Shown here: piece after piece, positions 41,579 to 51,043 of the stretch
Layout of the letters: each line of letters starts with the position of its first letter
How positions within the stretch are numbered: position 1 is the stretch's first letter
Source: Aquabacterium sp.
Lineage (GTDB): Bacteria > Pseudomonadota > Gammaproteobacteria > Burkholderiales > Burkholderiaceae_C
Assembly (NCBI GenBank): GCA_044377715.1
Contig: JBILYN010000001.1
Span: forward strand, 13,892-77,891
Length of the DNA: 64,000 nucleotides
Direction of reading: 5' to 3'
The notes under the pieces: generated by a model
Database searches by the model: none
Seen by the model: only the letters and a program-made list of their open reading frames with translations
Told to the model about the DNA's origin: nothing
Made by a program: the position numbers and the translations under genes

Positions 41579-42726
41579 ATCAACCATCCAAAATCCTGGA
41601 CACCAATATGACGCTTCGAACCAAACCGCCTTTTCGCGCCGACCATGTCGGCAGCTTTCTGCGCCCGAAATACCTGCTCGACGCGCGCGAGCAGTTCTTC
41701 GTCAAGAAGGAAATCACTGCCGAGCAACTGCGCCTCGTCGAGGACAAGGCGATCACCGAGATCGTCAATTTCCAGCAAGATGTCGGGCTTCAGAGCATCA
41801 CCGACGGTGAGTTCCGCCGCACCTATTTCCACATCGACTTCCTGGCCCAGCTCGGTGGCGTCAAGACCGACATCCCGGTCACGGTGCTGCGGCCTGACGG
41901 CACCGAGGAACTCGCGCCACCGGTGATCCGCGTGATCGACAAGGTGCGCCATACCAAGAACATCCAGCTGGCCGATTTCGAATACCTCAAGAGCCAGGTG
42001 GCGGTAGGCTTGACGCCCAAGGTGACGATTCCGTCGCCGACGATGCTGCACTTTCGGGGCGGGCGTGCCGGCATCAACCGCGAGGCATACCCCGAACTTG
42101 ATCCGGTTTTCTACGACGACGTGGCCGAGGCCTATGGCCAGGAGTTGCAGTCGCTGGCCGATGCTGGTTGCAGCTATGTGCAGATGGACGACACCAACCT
42201 GGCCTACCTCTGCGACGAGAAGATGCGCGAAGCCGCCAGGTCGCGCGGTGACGACCCCAACGAGTTGCCGCACCGCTACGCTGCGTTCATCAACAAGGTC
42301 GTGGCCTACAAGCCTGCTGGTATGACGCTGGCGATGCACCTGTGCCGGGGCAACTTCAAGAGCACGCACGCTGCGGCCGGCAACTACGAGCCTGTGGCCG
42401 AGGCCTTGTTGTCTGAGATGAACCTCGACGCATTCTTTCTCGAATACGACGACGAGCGATCGGGCGATTTCCGGCCGCTGCGCTTCCTGACCAAGGGCAA
42501 AATTGTCGTTCTCGGTCTGGTGACGACCAAGTTCGGCGAGATGGAAAGCAAGGACGCGCTCAAGCGACGGATCGACGAAGCGGCGAAGTACGCGCCGCTA
42601 GACCAACTGGCTTTGAGCCCGCAGTGCGGTTTTTCCAGCACCGTTCACGGCAACAACATCGCCGTCGAAGCCCAGCGCGCCAAGCTTCGACTGGTGATCG
42701 AGACAGCCCAGGAAGTCTGGTCCTGA
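41575..42726 (+). CDS. Half-size MetE-like Zn-dependent methyl/alkyl transferase (YxjH/YxjG-type, Meth_synt_2 domain only)
   Basis: PFRADHVGSFLRP, ITDGEFRR, MHLCRGN (HxC), FFLEYD, LSPQCGF. ATG overlaps the livF TGA; alternative start at 41608. Confidence 0.85.
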   Translation: MNQPSKILDTNMTLRTKPPFRADHVGSFLRPKYLLDAREQFFVKKEITAEQLRLVEDKAITEIVNFQQDVGLQSITDGEFRRTYFHIDFLAQLGGVKTDIPVTVLRPDGTEELAPPVIRVIDKVRHTKNIQLADFEYLKSQVAVGLTPKVTIPSPTMLHFRGGRAGINREAYPELDPVFYDDVAEAYGQELQSLADAGCSYVQMDDTNLAYLCDEKMREAARSRGDDPNELPHRYAAFINKVVAYKPAGMTLAMHLCRGNFKSTHAAAGNYEPVAEALLSEMNLDAFFLEYDDERSGDFRPLRFLTKGKIVVLGLVTTKFGEMESKDALKRRIDEAAKYAPLDQLALSPQCGFSSTVHGNNIAVEAQRAKLRLVIETAQEVWS

Positions 42727-42742
42727 GCCTGGGCCGGAAGGC

Positions 42743-43090
42743 CTATAGCGCGATCGCCTGCTGGTAGAGCCGGGTCGACCGCGCGCCCGAGCGGCAGAAC
42801 GCCAGCACCGGTGCTGGCAACTCGGCCAACAGACGCGCGAATTCGGCGATCTGCTCGGGCGATTGCCAGCCACCGTCGACCGGCAAGTGTCGGTACTGAA
42901 GGCCGGCGGCAACAGCCGCGGCTTCGACTGCCGCGCTGGCGGGCTGGTCGGGGCCATGCTCGAAGTCGGGCCGGTTGTTGATCACGCTCTTGAAGCCCAG
43001 GCGGGCCAGCTCGGCCATGGCATCGGGCATCAGTTGAGGGGCTACCGACAACTGGTCGGCGATGGCGCGCAAGGGCAGGTTGGTGTTCAT
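42743..43090 (-). CDS. TIGR01244/DUF442 family sulfur transferase or phosphatase-like protein
   Basis: VAPQL, GFKSVINNRPD, PVLAFCRSGARS. Confidence 0.85.
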   Translation of the reverse strand: MNTNLPLRAIADQLSVAPQLMPDAMAELARLGFKSVINNRPDFEHGPDQPASAAVEAAAVAAGLQYRHLPVDGGWQSPEQIAEFARLLAELPAPVLAFCRSGARSTRLYQQAIAL

Positions 43091-43101
43091 GGGGGCTGAC
43101 T

Positions 43102-43548
43102 TTACTTCGACAGAGCCGACTTGACAGCGGCGGAGATGGCGCCCATCTCGGCCTTGCCGGCAAGCTGCGCTTTGACCGCGGCCATCACCCGGCCCATGTC
43201 GCCGGGGCCCGTGGCGCCAAGACTGGCGACGATGGCCGACACTTCTGCGGTGACCTCATCGATTGACAGCCGTGTGGGCAGGTAGGCCTGCAGCACCAGC
43301 AGTTCGGCCGATTCTTTGTCGACCAGGTCGGTGCGGCCTGCGCTCTGGAACGCGGTGATCGAATCCTTGCGCTGCTTGATCGTCTTGTCGACGATGGCAA
43401 CGACGGAGGCGTCGTCGAGCACGATGCGCTCGTCGACCTCGCGCTGCTTGATCGCCGCCAGCAGCATGCGGATGGTCGACAAGCGAGCCGCATCCTTGGC
43501 GCGCATCGCTGTTTTCATGTCTTCGGTGATCTGGTCTTTCAGGCTCAT
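43102..43548 (-). CDS. GatB/YqeY domain protein
   Basis: MSLKDQITEDMKTAMRAKD, KQRKDS, YLP, DMGRVM. Confidence 0.93.
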   Translation of the reverse strand: MSLKDQITEDMKTAMRAKDAARLSTIRMLLAAIKQREVDERIVLDDASVVAIVDKTIKQRKDSITAFQSAGRTDLVDKESAELLVLQAYLPTRLSIDEVTAEVSAIVASLGATGPGDMGRVMAAVKAQLAGKAEMGAISAAVKSALSK

Positions 43549-43590
43549 CAGGTTTTCTCCAGCAAGAAGGCAAACAGGCGCAGCGCCATG

Positions 43591-43624
43591 AAAAACGCCC
43601 GCAGCGGTAGTCCGCGCGGGCGTC
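43591..43624 (-). terminator. Intrinsic terminator downstream of rpsU
   Basis: Minus strand reads ACGCCCGC..GCGGGCGT followed by TTTT. Confidence 0.7.
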
Positions 43625-43652
43625 GATTCGGAGCAGAAAAACGGCTTCGAGT

Positions 43653-43865
43653 TTAGAAAAGCTTTTTCGGCAGCTGCATGCTGCGAACGCGCTTGTAGTG
43701 ACGCTTGACGGCCGCGGCCTTCTTGCGTTTGCGCTCTGATGTGGGCTTTTCGTAGAACTCGCGGGCCCGCAGGTCGGTGAGCAGGCCCAGCTTTTCGATC
43801 GTGCGCTTGAAGCGGCGCAGGGCGACATCGAAAGGTTCGTTTTCCTTGACGCGAATCGTGGTCAT
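43653..43865 (-). CDS. rpsU: 30S ribosomal protein S21
   Basis: [35 protein letters not shown]. Confidence 0.98.
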   Translation of the reverse strand: MTTIRVKENEPFDVALRRFKRTIEKLGLLTDLRAREFYEKPTSERKRKKAAAVKRHYKRVRSMQLPKKLF

Positions 43866-44016
43866 TTAACTCCAAAGTCCTAAGGATTGTGCGCTCGGTG
43901 TTCCAGACTCGGCCTGCAGGGTCGCTGCATTCTGGCGCTCTTGTCGAGTGGGCCAGGCCGGGGAATCGACGCGCGGTTTACCAGCAAAGCGTGGATTCTA
44001 CTTCGAATTCTCGGCA

Positions 44017-45228
44017 TCAGACCAGAGACCGTGCACAGGCCGCTGCACTGGCCCAGGCCCACTGGAAGTTGTAGCCGCCCAGCCACCCGGTCACGTCGAC
44101 CACTTCGCCGATGAAGTGCAGTCCGGGTTGGCGCTTGCTGGCCATGCTGCGCGAGTCCAACTCGCGCGTGTCGACGCCGCCGGCAGTGACCTCGGCTTTG
44201 CGAAAACCTTCGGTCCCGCTGGGGGTCAGCGTCCAGTGCGACAGCGATTCGGCCAGACGCTGCAGGTCGCGGTCGCGCAACTCGGGCATGGGCTTGGCTG
44301 CGTCCATGCCAAGCCGGGTCAGCCAGGCGTCGGCCAGGCGTTGCGGCAGCAGCCCTGCCAGCGCGTTGCCGAGTTGGCGCTTCGATTGCTGTTTGGCCTC
44401 GCGCAGCCACTGCGCAGCGTCTTGGCCCGGCAGCAGGTCGATCGTCAGCGCTTCGCCTGGCTGCCAATAGCTCGAGATCTGCAACACCGCCGGGCCGCTC
44501 AAGCCCCGGTGGGTGAACAGCAAGTCCTCGCGAAAGCTGGTCTTGCGCCGCGCGCTGCCGGTGGCAATGTCGACTGCCAGCGACGCGCCCGCCAAGGGCA
44601 CAAATGGGGCCCAGGTCTCGGCGTCGAAGCTCAGCGGTACCAACGCGGGGCGCGGCTCGACGATCTTGTGGCCGAACTGACGTGCCAGGCGGTAGCCGAA
44701 GTCGGTCGCGCCGATCTTGGGGATCGACAGCCCGCCGGTGGCCACCACCAGTTGCGCCGCCTGCACGGTGCCGCGATCGGTGTCGATCTCGAAGCCTGCG
44801 TCCGATGCACGCAGCGCCGCTACCGTGCAGGGCTGCCACCGTTGCACCGCTCCGCTGTCGCATTCGGCCAGCAGCATCGCGATGATTTGCTCAGACGAGC
44901 CGTCGCAGAACAACTGGCCCTTGTGCTTTTCATGGAATGCGATGCCGTGCCGTCGCACCAGGTCGAGGAAATCGGCTGTGGTGTAGCGTGCCAGTGCCGA
45001 TCGGCAATAGTCTGGGTTGGCCGAGAGAAACTGTGCCGGCGTGGTGTCGCGGTTGCTGAAATTGCAGCGACCGCCGCCTGAGATGCGGATCTTTTCGGCC
45101 ACCTTGTCGGCATGGTCGATCAGCAAGACCTTCAGCCCGCGCTGGCCGGCGATGCCTGCACAAAACAGACCCGCTGCCCCTGCGCCCAGCACGACGACGT
45201 CGAATCTTGAGGGCGGGGGGCTGGACAT
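44017..45228 (-). CDS. HI0933/BaiN family NAD(P)/FAD-dependent oxidoreductase
   Basis: GAGAAG, KIRISGGGRCNFSN, VATGGLSIP, FTHRGLSGP, AEVTAGGV, GEVVDVTGWLGGYN. Confidence 0.93.
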   Translation of the reverse strand: MSSPPPSRFDVVVLGAGAAGLFCAGIAGQRGLKVLLIDHADKVAEKIRISGGGRCNFSNRDTTPAQFLSANPDYCRSALARYTTADFLDLVRRHGIAFHEKHKGQLFCDGSSEQIIAMLLAECDSGAVQRWQPCTVAALRASDAGFEIDTDRGTVQAAQLVVATGGLSIPKIGATDFGYRLARQFGHKIVEPRPALVPLSFDAETWAPFVPLAGASLAVDIATGSARRKTSFREDLLFTHRGLSGPAVLQISSYWQPGEALTIDLLPGQDAAQWLREAKQQSKRQLGNALAGLLPQRLADAWLTRLGMDAAKPMPELRDRDLQRLAESLSHWTLTPSGTEGFRKAEVTAGGVDTRELDSRSMASKRQPGLHFIGEVVDVTGWLGGYNFQWAWASAAACARSLV

Positions 45229-45270
45229 GGCGGGCGATTATCTTCGCGCGCCATCGCTGCTGAGCCAGGC

Positions 45271-46218
45271 TCAGGCCGCTGCCGGGTTGTGTGCAGGCAG
45301 CCGTCGCAAGGAGCGCATCAGCAAGTCGACCTGCCGGTCCAGCGGTGCCGGTCCAGGTTTTTCGCCTGCGACCACGCCCTGGATGTAGACCGCCACCGTG
45401 GCAGCGTCTATCTGTCTCGGCAACAGCGGCAGTTCTCCCAACACACCCTCTTGCAGCGGGCAGGACAGTTCGGCCTGCCATTGGCCGCCCAGCCAGACAT
45501 CGAGCTTGGGGCAGCGTCGCGGGTCGGCGACGGCCTCGCCTTCGGTGCCGCGCAACAGCATCATGTCGCCGGCGCTGCGCTCGGCGAACTCGGCCATCAG
45601 CTTGCCGAATTCGGGGTGGGTATGGCTGGCCAGGCGCAGCGCCGGCGCGCCTTGCACCGGTTGCAGCAGCTTGGCCACCGTGTGGCCCGAGTTGCGAAGG
45701 CCGACGACCCGGCGCACATCGAGCAGGCGCTGCAGCGCAGCGCACAGTGTGTCGGTCGTGACGAAAGCCGGTTCGTGGCGTTGCCAACGCTTGTGGATGC
45801 CGGCCTGGCCTTCGGCTGGCGGCAGGCCCAGCGCCTGAAAGATTTCGGCGCTGGTCACGCGTCCAGGGTCGTGAAGCGGGCCGTGCACCAGCACGCGTGC
45901 GCCTTCTTGCGTCAGGCGCATCGCCAGCAAAGGGGTCAGGTTGGGCAATCGACGCGCGCCGTTGTAGCTCGGGATCACGATCACCGGCAGGTCGCTCGCC
46001 ACCGCCAGGCAACGGGCCTGGGTGGCCTGGGCAAAGCCCAACAGCTCGTCGACCGTCTCGCCCTTGATCCGCATGGCCAATGCAAACGCGCCGATCTCCA
46101 GATCGCTGACCTGGCCATCGAGCACCTGGCCCATCAGGTCACGGGCCTGGTCGATGTCGAGCGACCGGGCACCTGCGCTGCCGCGGCCGATCTCCTTGAT
46201 GTATTGCGCGATGCCCAT
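45271..46218 (-). CDS. ybiB: DNA-binding protein YbiB (TrpD-like)
   Basis: MGIAQYIKEIGRG, MRIKGE, IPSYNGAR, LRNSGH, LRGTEGE. Confidence 0.88.
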   Translation of the reverse strand: MGIAQYIKEIGRGSAGARSLDIDQARDLMGQVLDGQVSDLEIGAFALAMRIKGETVDELLGFAQATQARCLAVASDLPVIVIPSYNGARRLPNLTPLLAMRLTQEGARVLVHGPLHDPGRVTSAEIFQALGLPPAEGQAGIHKRWQRHEPAFVTTDTLCAALQRLLDVRRVVGLRNSGHTVAKLLQPVQGAPALRLASHTHPEFGKLMAEFAERSAGDMMLLRGTEGEAVADPRRCPKLDVWLGGQWQAELSCPLQEGVLGELPLLPRQIDAATVAVYIQGVVAGEKPGPAPLDRQVDLLMRSLRRLPAHNPAAA

Positions 46219-46443
46219 TGCCTCAGTCCAGGTTGTTGGTGGTCCCCACCCAGCAAGTTCCGGGCCGAAGTACCGCGTGACCACCCTGTTCCGGTCGAAC
46301 TGAATTCGCCGGCATTTTGCGTCAACAGCCGGTGGCCACGCTCGGTATCATCAGCTTGGGGTCTTCGCCGCTTGGGTATGACTTCATAGTCTTGCCCTCA
46401 CGAACCGGTCTGATCACAGGATCTGCGCTTGCCGACCTATGCA

Positions 46444-47466
46444 ATGATGAACACCGCCGCTGCAGCAACCGAGGGTTCGATACCCGGCCCTGTGGCTGAC
46501 GAGTCAGTCGTCGATGGTGTGTTGGCGCAGTCATTGTTGGCCTGGGCGCGGCAGCAAGGGCTGGCGCTTGGTGTCAAGCTGGCCGATGGCGGCCGCTACC
46601 TGCTGGTCAACCAGGCGCTGGCTGAATTGCTCGGCCGCACGCAGGCCGAGATCGTAGGCCGCAGCGACGCCGAGTTGCTGGATCCAGCGGCGGCCGCACT
46701 GATGCGTGCCGCGGACCACACCGCGCTGGTGCAGGGCAGCGCGCTGGCCAGCATGCACCAGCTCGAACTGCGAGACGTGCGCCGTGAGTTCCAGGTCTTG
46801 CGGCTGGCCACCAGTGGGTCGGCGGTCGCTGACGGCCAGCGCCTGATCTGCAGCATCTGGCAGGAGCTGGGCCCGCAGCGCCAACGTGAGGCCGAGCTAC
46901 GGCGCTTGCTCGATCAGCTCGAGCAAGCGCAGCAGTCCAACCAGAGCTTGCGGCGCGAGTTGGCCCACCAAGGACCGCGTGAAGCGACCGGCGGCCCCTA
47001 CGACCAGGCGCAATTTGACGACCAGTTGCGCCGCGAACTCGATCTGTCGGCCCGCGAGCACCGTGAATTCGCATTGGTCTACATCACGATCGACACTGAT
47101 CAGCCCGGCTTGCCGGCGCACGATCGGATCTGCGAGGCCATGGGGAGCTTGCTGCGCGGCAACACGCGGGCGATGGACTCATCCTGCCGTGTCGGTCAAC
47201 AGCGTTTCGCCGTGTTGTTGTCCGGTGTGGGCCTGGCGACCGCGCATTCGCGCATGGAGGGCTTGCGCCGTCAATGCGCGACCCAGATCGTGGTGCTGGC
47301 TGGCGAGGCGCTGCGTTTCAGCGTGTCGATGGGGGTGGCGAGCTATCCCCACACCGCGAGCAGCCAGGCCGAGCTGATGGCGGCCAGTTCAGCCGCCTTG
47401 GAAGAGGCCCAAGGCCGTGGTGGCAACGGCGTCGCGCTGGCCCGCATACGCTTGCAGATGGACTGA
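46444..47466 (+). CDS. PAS-coiled coil-GGDEF protein with degenerate active site
   Basis: PAS-like YLLVNQALAELLG; coiled coil; GGDEF fold with RAMD-SSCRV-GQQRF and SVSMGVASYP. Confidence 0.82.
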   Translation: MMNTAAAATEGSIPGPVADESVVDGVLAQSLLAWARQQGLALGVKLADGGRYLLVNQALAELLGRTQAEIVGRSDAELLDPAAAALMRAADHTALVQGSALASMHQLELRDVRREFQVLRLATSGSAVADGQRLICSIWQELGPQRQREAELRRLLDQLEQAQQSNQSLRRELAHQGPREATGGPYDQAQFDDQLRRELDLSAREHREFALVYITIDTDQPGLPAHDRICEAMGSLLRGNTRAMDSSCRVGQQRFAVLLSGVGLATAHSRMEGLRRQCATQIVVLAGEALRFSVSMGVASYPHTASSQAELMAASSAALEEAQGRGGNGVALARIRLQMD

Positions 47467-47556
47467 AACCCGAGTTGGGTTGCCGCGTGACGTCAAAATA
47501 CGCAAACCGGCTAGCTTGATCGCCTTGACCGAATGCCTTCTCCAGGATCTCCTCCG

Positions 47557-49083
47557 ATGTTGCCGACCTCCCTGAACGACCTGCTGGCCACCGGCGCTGC
47601 CGATGCGCCCGCGATTTCGGCCCCTGGCCGTGCAGCGCTCGACTTCCGGGTGCTGCGCGCCTTGATAGTTGACACGCTGGCCAGCCTGAACGCCTGGGGC
47701 ATAGGCCGCAACGACCGCGTGGCGATCGTGTTGAACAACGGCCCCGAGATGGCTGCCTGCTTCGCAGCCTGCGCCTGCGGCGTCACCAGTGCGCCGCTCA
47801 ACCCCGGCTACCGCGGCGAGGAGTTCGAGTTCTACCTCGCCGACCTGAACGCCAAGGCGCTGATCGTCGAGCAGGGCAGCAGTTCCCCCGCGATCGCTGT
47901 GGCCGAGAAGCTGGGCCTGCGCGTGCTCGACCTGGTGGCCCGTGCCGACCAAGGCGCCGGCAGCTTTGTGCTGCAAGCCCGTGACCAGCGTGATGCGATG
48001 CCCACCAAGGTGGGCGGCTTCGCCCAGCCCGACGACATCTCGATGGTGCTGCACACCTCGGGCACCACCTCGCGGCCCAAGATCGTGCCGCTGTCGCAGC
48101 GCAATCTGTGCGCCTCGGCCAGCAGCATCGCCCGCACGCTGCAGTTCGTGCCTGGGGACTGTGGTCTCAACATCATGCCGCTGTTCCATATCCACGGCCT
48201 GATCGCCGGCGTGCTGGCGCCGCTCGCGGCCGGCTCGCAGGTGTTCTGCACCCCGGGCTTCAACGCGCTGAAATTCTTCGCGTGGATGGACGAGGCCAAG
48301 CCGACCTGGTACACCGCCGTGCCGACGATGCACCAGGCCATCGTCGGGCGTGCCGGCAAGAACGCCGAGGTGATCGCGCGCCATCCGCTGCGCTTCATGC
48401 GCTCGTCTTCGTCGTCGATGCCGCCGCAGGTGATACGCGAGCTCGAAGCTGTGTTCGGCGCGCCGCTGATCGAGGCCTATGGCATGACCGAGGCGACCCA
48501 CCAGATGACCTCCAACCCGCTGCCGCCGGCCGCCCGCAAGCCCGGCACCGTGGGCCGGGCCGCTGGCCCCGAGGTGGCGATCATGGCCGGCGACGGCAGC
48601 CTGCTGCCCGCCGGCGGGGTCGGCGAGATCGTGATCCGGGGCGACAACGTCACCGCCGGCTACGAGAACAACCCATCCGCCAACGCCGAGGGCTACCGCG
48701 GCGGCTGGTTCCGCACCGGCGACCAAGGCGTGATGGACGACGAGGCTTACGTCAGCATCACCGGGCGACTGAAGGAGATCATCAACCGCGGCGGCGAGAA
48801 GATCAGCCCGCGCGAGGTCGACGAGCTGCTGATGGACCACCCGGCGGTGGCCCAGGTGGTGTGCTTCGGCATGCCGCATCCCAAGCTGGGCGAGGAGGTG
48901 GCCGCAGTGGTGGTGCTGCGCGAGGGCCAGGCTGCCACCGAGCGCGAGCTGCAGGCCTTCGTCGCCGGCCGGGCCGCCGACTACAAGGTGCCCAAGAAGA
49001 TCCTGTTCATGGACGAGATCCCCAAGGGCGCGACCGGCAAGCTGCAGCGCATCGGCCTGGCGCAAAAGCTAGGCCTGGGCTGA
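47557..49083 (+). CDS. Acyl-CoA synthetase, oxalate-CoA ligase (AAE3/Pcs60/Oxs)-like
   Basis: LHTSGTTSRPK, PLFHIHGL, YTAVPTMH, EAYGMTEATHQMTSNPLP, WFRTGD, INRGGEKISP, PKGATGK. Confidence 0.85.
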   Translation: MLPTSLNDLLATGAADAPAISAPGRAALDFRVLRALIVDTLASLNAWGIGRNDRVAIVLNNGPEMAACFAACACGVTSAPLNPGYRGEEFEFYLADLNAKALIVEQGSSSPAIAVAEKLGLRVLDLVARADQGAGSFVLQARDQRDAMPTKVGGFAQPDDISMVLHTSGTTSRPKIVPLSQRNLCASASSIARTLQFVPGDCGLNIMPLFHIHGLIAGVLAPLAAGSQVFCTPGFNALKFFAWMDEAKPTWYTAVPTMHQAIVGRAGKNAEVIARHPLRFMRSSSSSMPPQVIRELEAVFGAPLIEAYGMTEATHQMTSNPLPPAARKPGTVGRAAGPEVAIMAGDGSLLPAGGVGEIVIRGDNVTAGYENNPSANAEGYRGGWFRTGDQGVMDDEAYVSITGRLKEIINRGGEKISPREVDELLMDHPAVAQVVCFGMPHPKLGEEVAAVVVLREGQAATERELQAFVAGRAADYKVPKKILFMDEIPKGATGKLQRIGLAQKLGLG

Positions 49084-49106
49084 TCCCGCACAGGGACTGG
49101 GTTGCG

Positions 49107-50120
49107 ATGAACATGAAGATCGCCATCGTCGGCGCGGGCGCCATCGGCGGTTACCTGGGCGCGAGGCTGGCTGCGGCGGGCGAGGACGTCACGTTCATCG
49201 CCCGCAACCGCAACCTGGCCGCCATCAACGCCCATGGTTTCAGGCTGATCCTGGAGGACGGCAGCACACTGCACGCGTCCAAGGTTCGCGCGGTCGAGCA
49301 AATGGCCGATGCTGGGCCACAGGACGCCGTGCTGCTGACCGTCAAGGCACACCAGGTTCGCGATTTGTTGCCGGCGCTGCGCGCGCTGTTCGGTCCACGC
49401 ACGCTGCTCGTGACGATGATCAACGGCGTGCCCTGGTGGTATTTCCAGAAGCTGGCCGGGCCTTATGAAGGCCGGGCGGTGACCCGCGTCGACCCTGACG
49501 GCGTGCTGGCTGCGGGCATCGAGACCGAGCGCATCATCGGCAGCGTGGTCTACCCGGCGGCCGAGTTGGTCGAACCGGGCTTGGTGCGGGTGATCGAGGG
49601 CAACCGTTTCACGCTGGGCGAGCTCGACGGCAGCCGCAGCGAGCGTGTCGAATCGCTGTCGCGTGTCTTCATGAATGCCGGCTTCAAGTCGCCAGTGTCG
49701 CGCGACATCCGGGCCGAGCTCTGGGTTAAGCTTTGGGGCAACCTGAGCTTGAACCCGATTTCGGCGCTGACCCACGCGACCTTGGAAGAGATCTGCCGAT
49801 TCCCGTCGACGCTCGCGCTGGTCGAACGCATGATGACCGAAGGCCAGTCGGTGGCCGAGGCATTGGGTGTGCGTTTCAAGATCTCGCTGGCCCAGCGAAT
49901 CGCCGGCGCTGAGGCCGTCGGTGCGCACAAGACTTCGATGCTGCAGGATGTGGAGAGCGGACGCGCGCTGGAACTCGAAGCGCTGGTCGGTGCGGTGGTC
50001 GAACTCGGGCAGATCACCGGAACGCCGACGCCGACCATCGAAGCGATCCATGCGGTCACCAGCTTGCTCGGTCGAACGCTGACGCAGCGTCATGGGCGGC
50101 TGGCGTTGCAGCCGATCTGA
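49107..50120 (+). CDS. Ketopantoate reductase family protein, probable oxalyl-CoA reductase (PanE2-like)
   Basis: MKIAIVGAGAIGG, NGVPWWYF, WVKLWGN, HKTSMLQDVE, LELEAL; start 49107 or 49113. Confidence 0.8.
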   Translation: MNMKIAIVGAGAIGGYLGARLAAAGEDVTFIARNRNLAAINAHGFRLILEDGSTLHASKVRAVEQMADAGPQDAVLLTVKAHQVRDLLPALRALFGPRTLLVTMINGVPWWYFQKLAGPYEGRAVTRVDPDGVLAAGIETERIIGSVVYPAAELVEPGLVRVIEGNRFTLGELDGSRSERVESLSRVFMNAGFKSPVSRDIRAELWVKLWGNLSLNPISALTHATLEEICRFPSTLALVERMMTEGQSVAEALGVRFKISLAQRIAGAEAVGAHKTSMLQDVESGRALELEALVGAVVELGQITGTPTPTIEAIHAVTSLLGRTLTQRHGRLALQPI

Positions 50121-50121
50121 C

Positions 50122-50196
50122 CGCCCCAAGGCCGGCCGAAGCCGGCCGCCCCCCGTGGGGATCAAGCAAAGTGGCAAAGCCACATTTGCTTGAGAG
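50122..50196 (+). repeat. 75-nt triple-hairpin dispersed element, copy 4
   Basis: Begins 1 nt after the panE2-like TGA stop; lies between convergent genes. Confidence 0.95.
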
Positions 50197-50221
50197 CGAT
50201 CGCCGCTGCTGGCTGCGGAGC

Positions 50222-51043
50222 TCAGGGCTCGCTGAGCACGCGCCAAGCCATGTAGCTGCCCAGGCCGTACAGCAGCACCGCGAACACTCTTTTCAGTTGT
50301 TGCGTGTCCAAGGAATGCGCGAAGCGCGCGCCCAGCGGGGCGGTCAGCATGCTGGCGACTGCAATCACGCCGAGCGCGGGCAGCATCAGGTAGCCTGACG
50401 CGCCGGGTATGACGGCGGGCAAGTTCCAACCGGCGATCACATAGCCCAAGGTATTGGCCAGCGAGATCGGGAAGCCCAGTGCCGCGCTCGTGGCCACGGC
50501 CTGGCTCATCGTGATGTTGCACCAGGTCATGAACGGCACCGAGATGAACGCGCCGCCAGCGCCCACCAGGCCTGACACCAGACCGATCGCGCTGCCGGCG
50601 GCGCCCGCGCCTAGCGGCCCCGGCATTTGCCGGCTGGGTTTAGGCTTGCGATTGACCAGCATCTGGGTGGCCGAGAAGACGACGAAGCCGACGAACAACA
50701 GCGCCAGCGCCCGACCCTTGAGCAATGAGAAAACACCGGCGCCCGATAGCAGCCCGCCGATCACGATGCCTGGCACCAGTTGGCGCACCAAGTCCCAGCG
50801 CACTGCACCGCGCCGGTGGTGCGCTCGAACGCTGGAAAGCGAGGTGAACAGGATGGTCGCCATCGAGGTGGCGATCGCCATCTTCACGGCCAGACCTTGC
50901 TCGATCCCGCGGTGGTTGAAGATGAAGGTCAGGAAGGGCACCATCAGCATGCCACCACCAATGCCCAACAGGCCGGCTAAAAAGCCGGTGAACACCCCCA
51001 GCGCAAGCAACTCCAACACCAACATGGGATCGAGAAACGACAT
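50222..51043 (-). CDS. Sulfite exporter TauE/SafE family protein
   Basis: GFLAGLLGIGGG, AIATS, SGLVGAGG, AVATSA, APLGA. Confidence 0.9.
   Translation of the reverse strand: MSFLDPMLVLELLALGVFTGFLAGLLGIGGGMLMVPFLTFIFNHRGIEQGLAVKMAIATSMATILFTSLSSVRAHHRRGAVRWDLVRQLVPGIVIGGLLSGAGVFSLLKGRALALLFVGFVVFSATQMLVNRKPKPSRQMPGPLGAGAAGSAIGLVSGLVGAGGAFISVPFMTWCNITMSQAVATSAALGFPISLANTLGYVIAGWNLPAVIPGASGYLMLPALGVIAVASMLTAPLGARFAHSLDTQQLKRVFAVLLYGLGSYMAWRVLSEP

Noticed and set aside
46377-46388. TATGA-CT-TCATA palindrome between ybiB and the GGDEF gene
   Set aside because: Single occurrence with no identifiable regulator; too short to support a call.
48108-50120. 670-aa ORF as a novel fusion with ketopantoate reductase
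   Set aside because: The N-terminal part is an out-of-frame shadow of the acyl-CoA ligase; the Rossmann motif begins at 49113.
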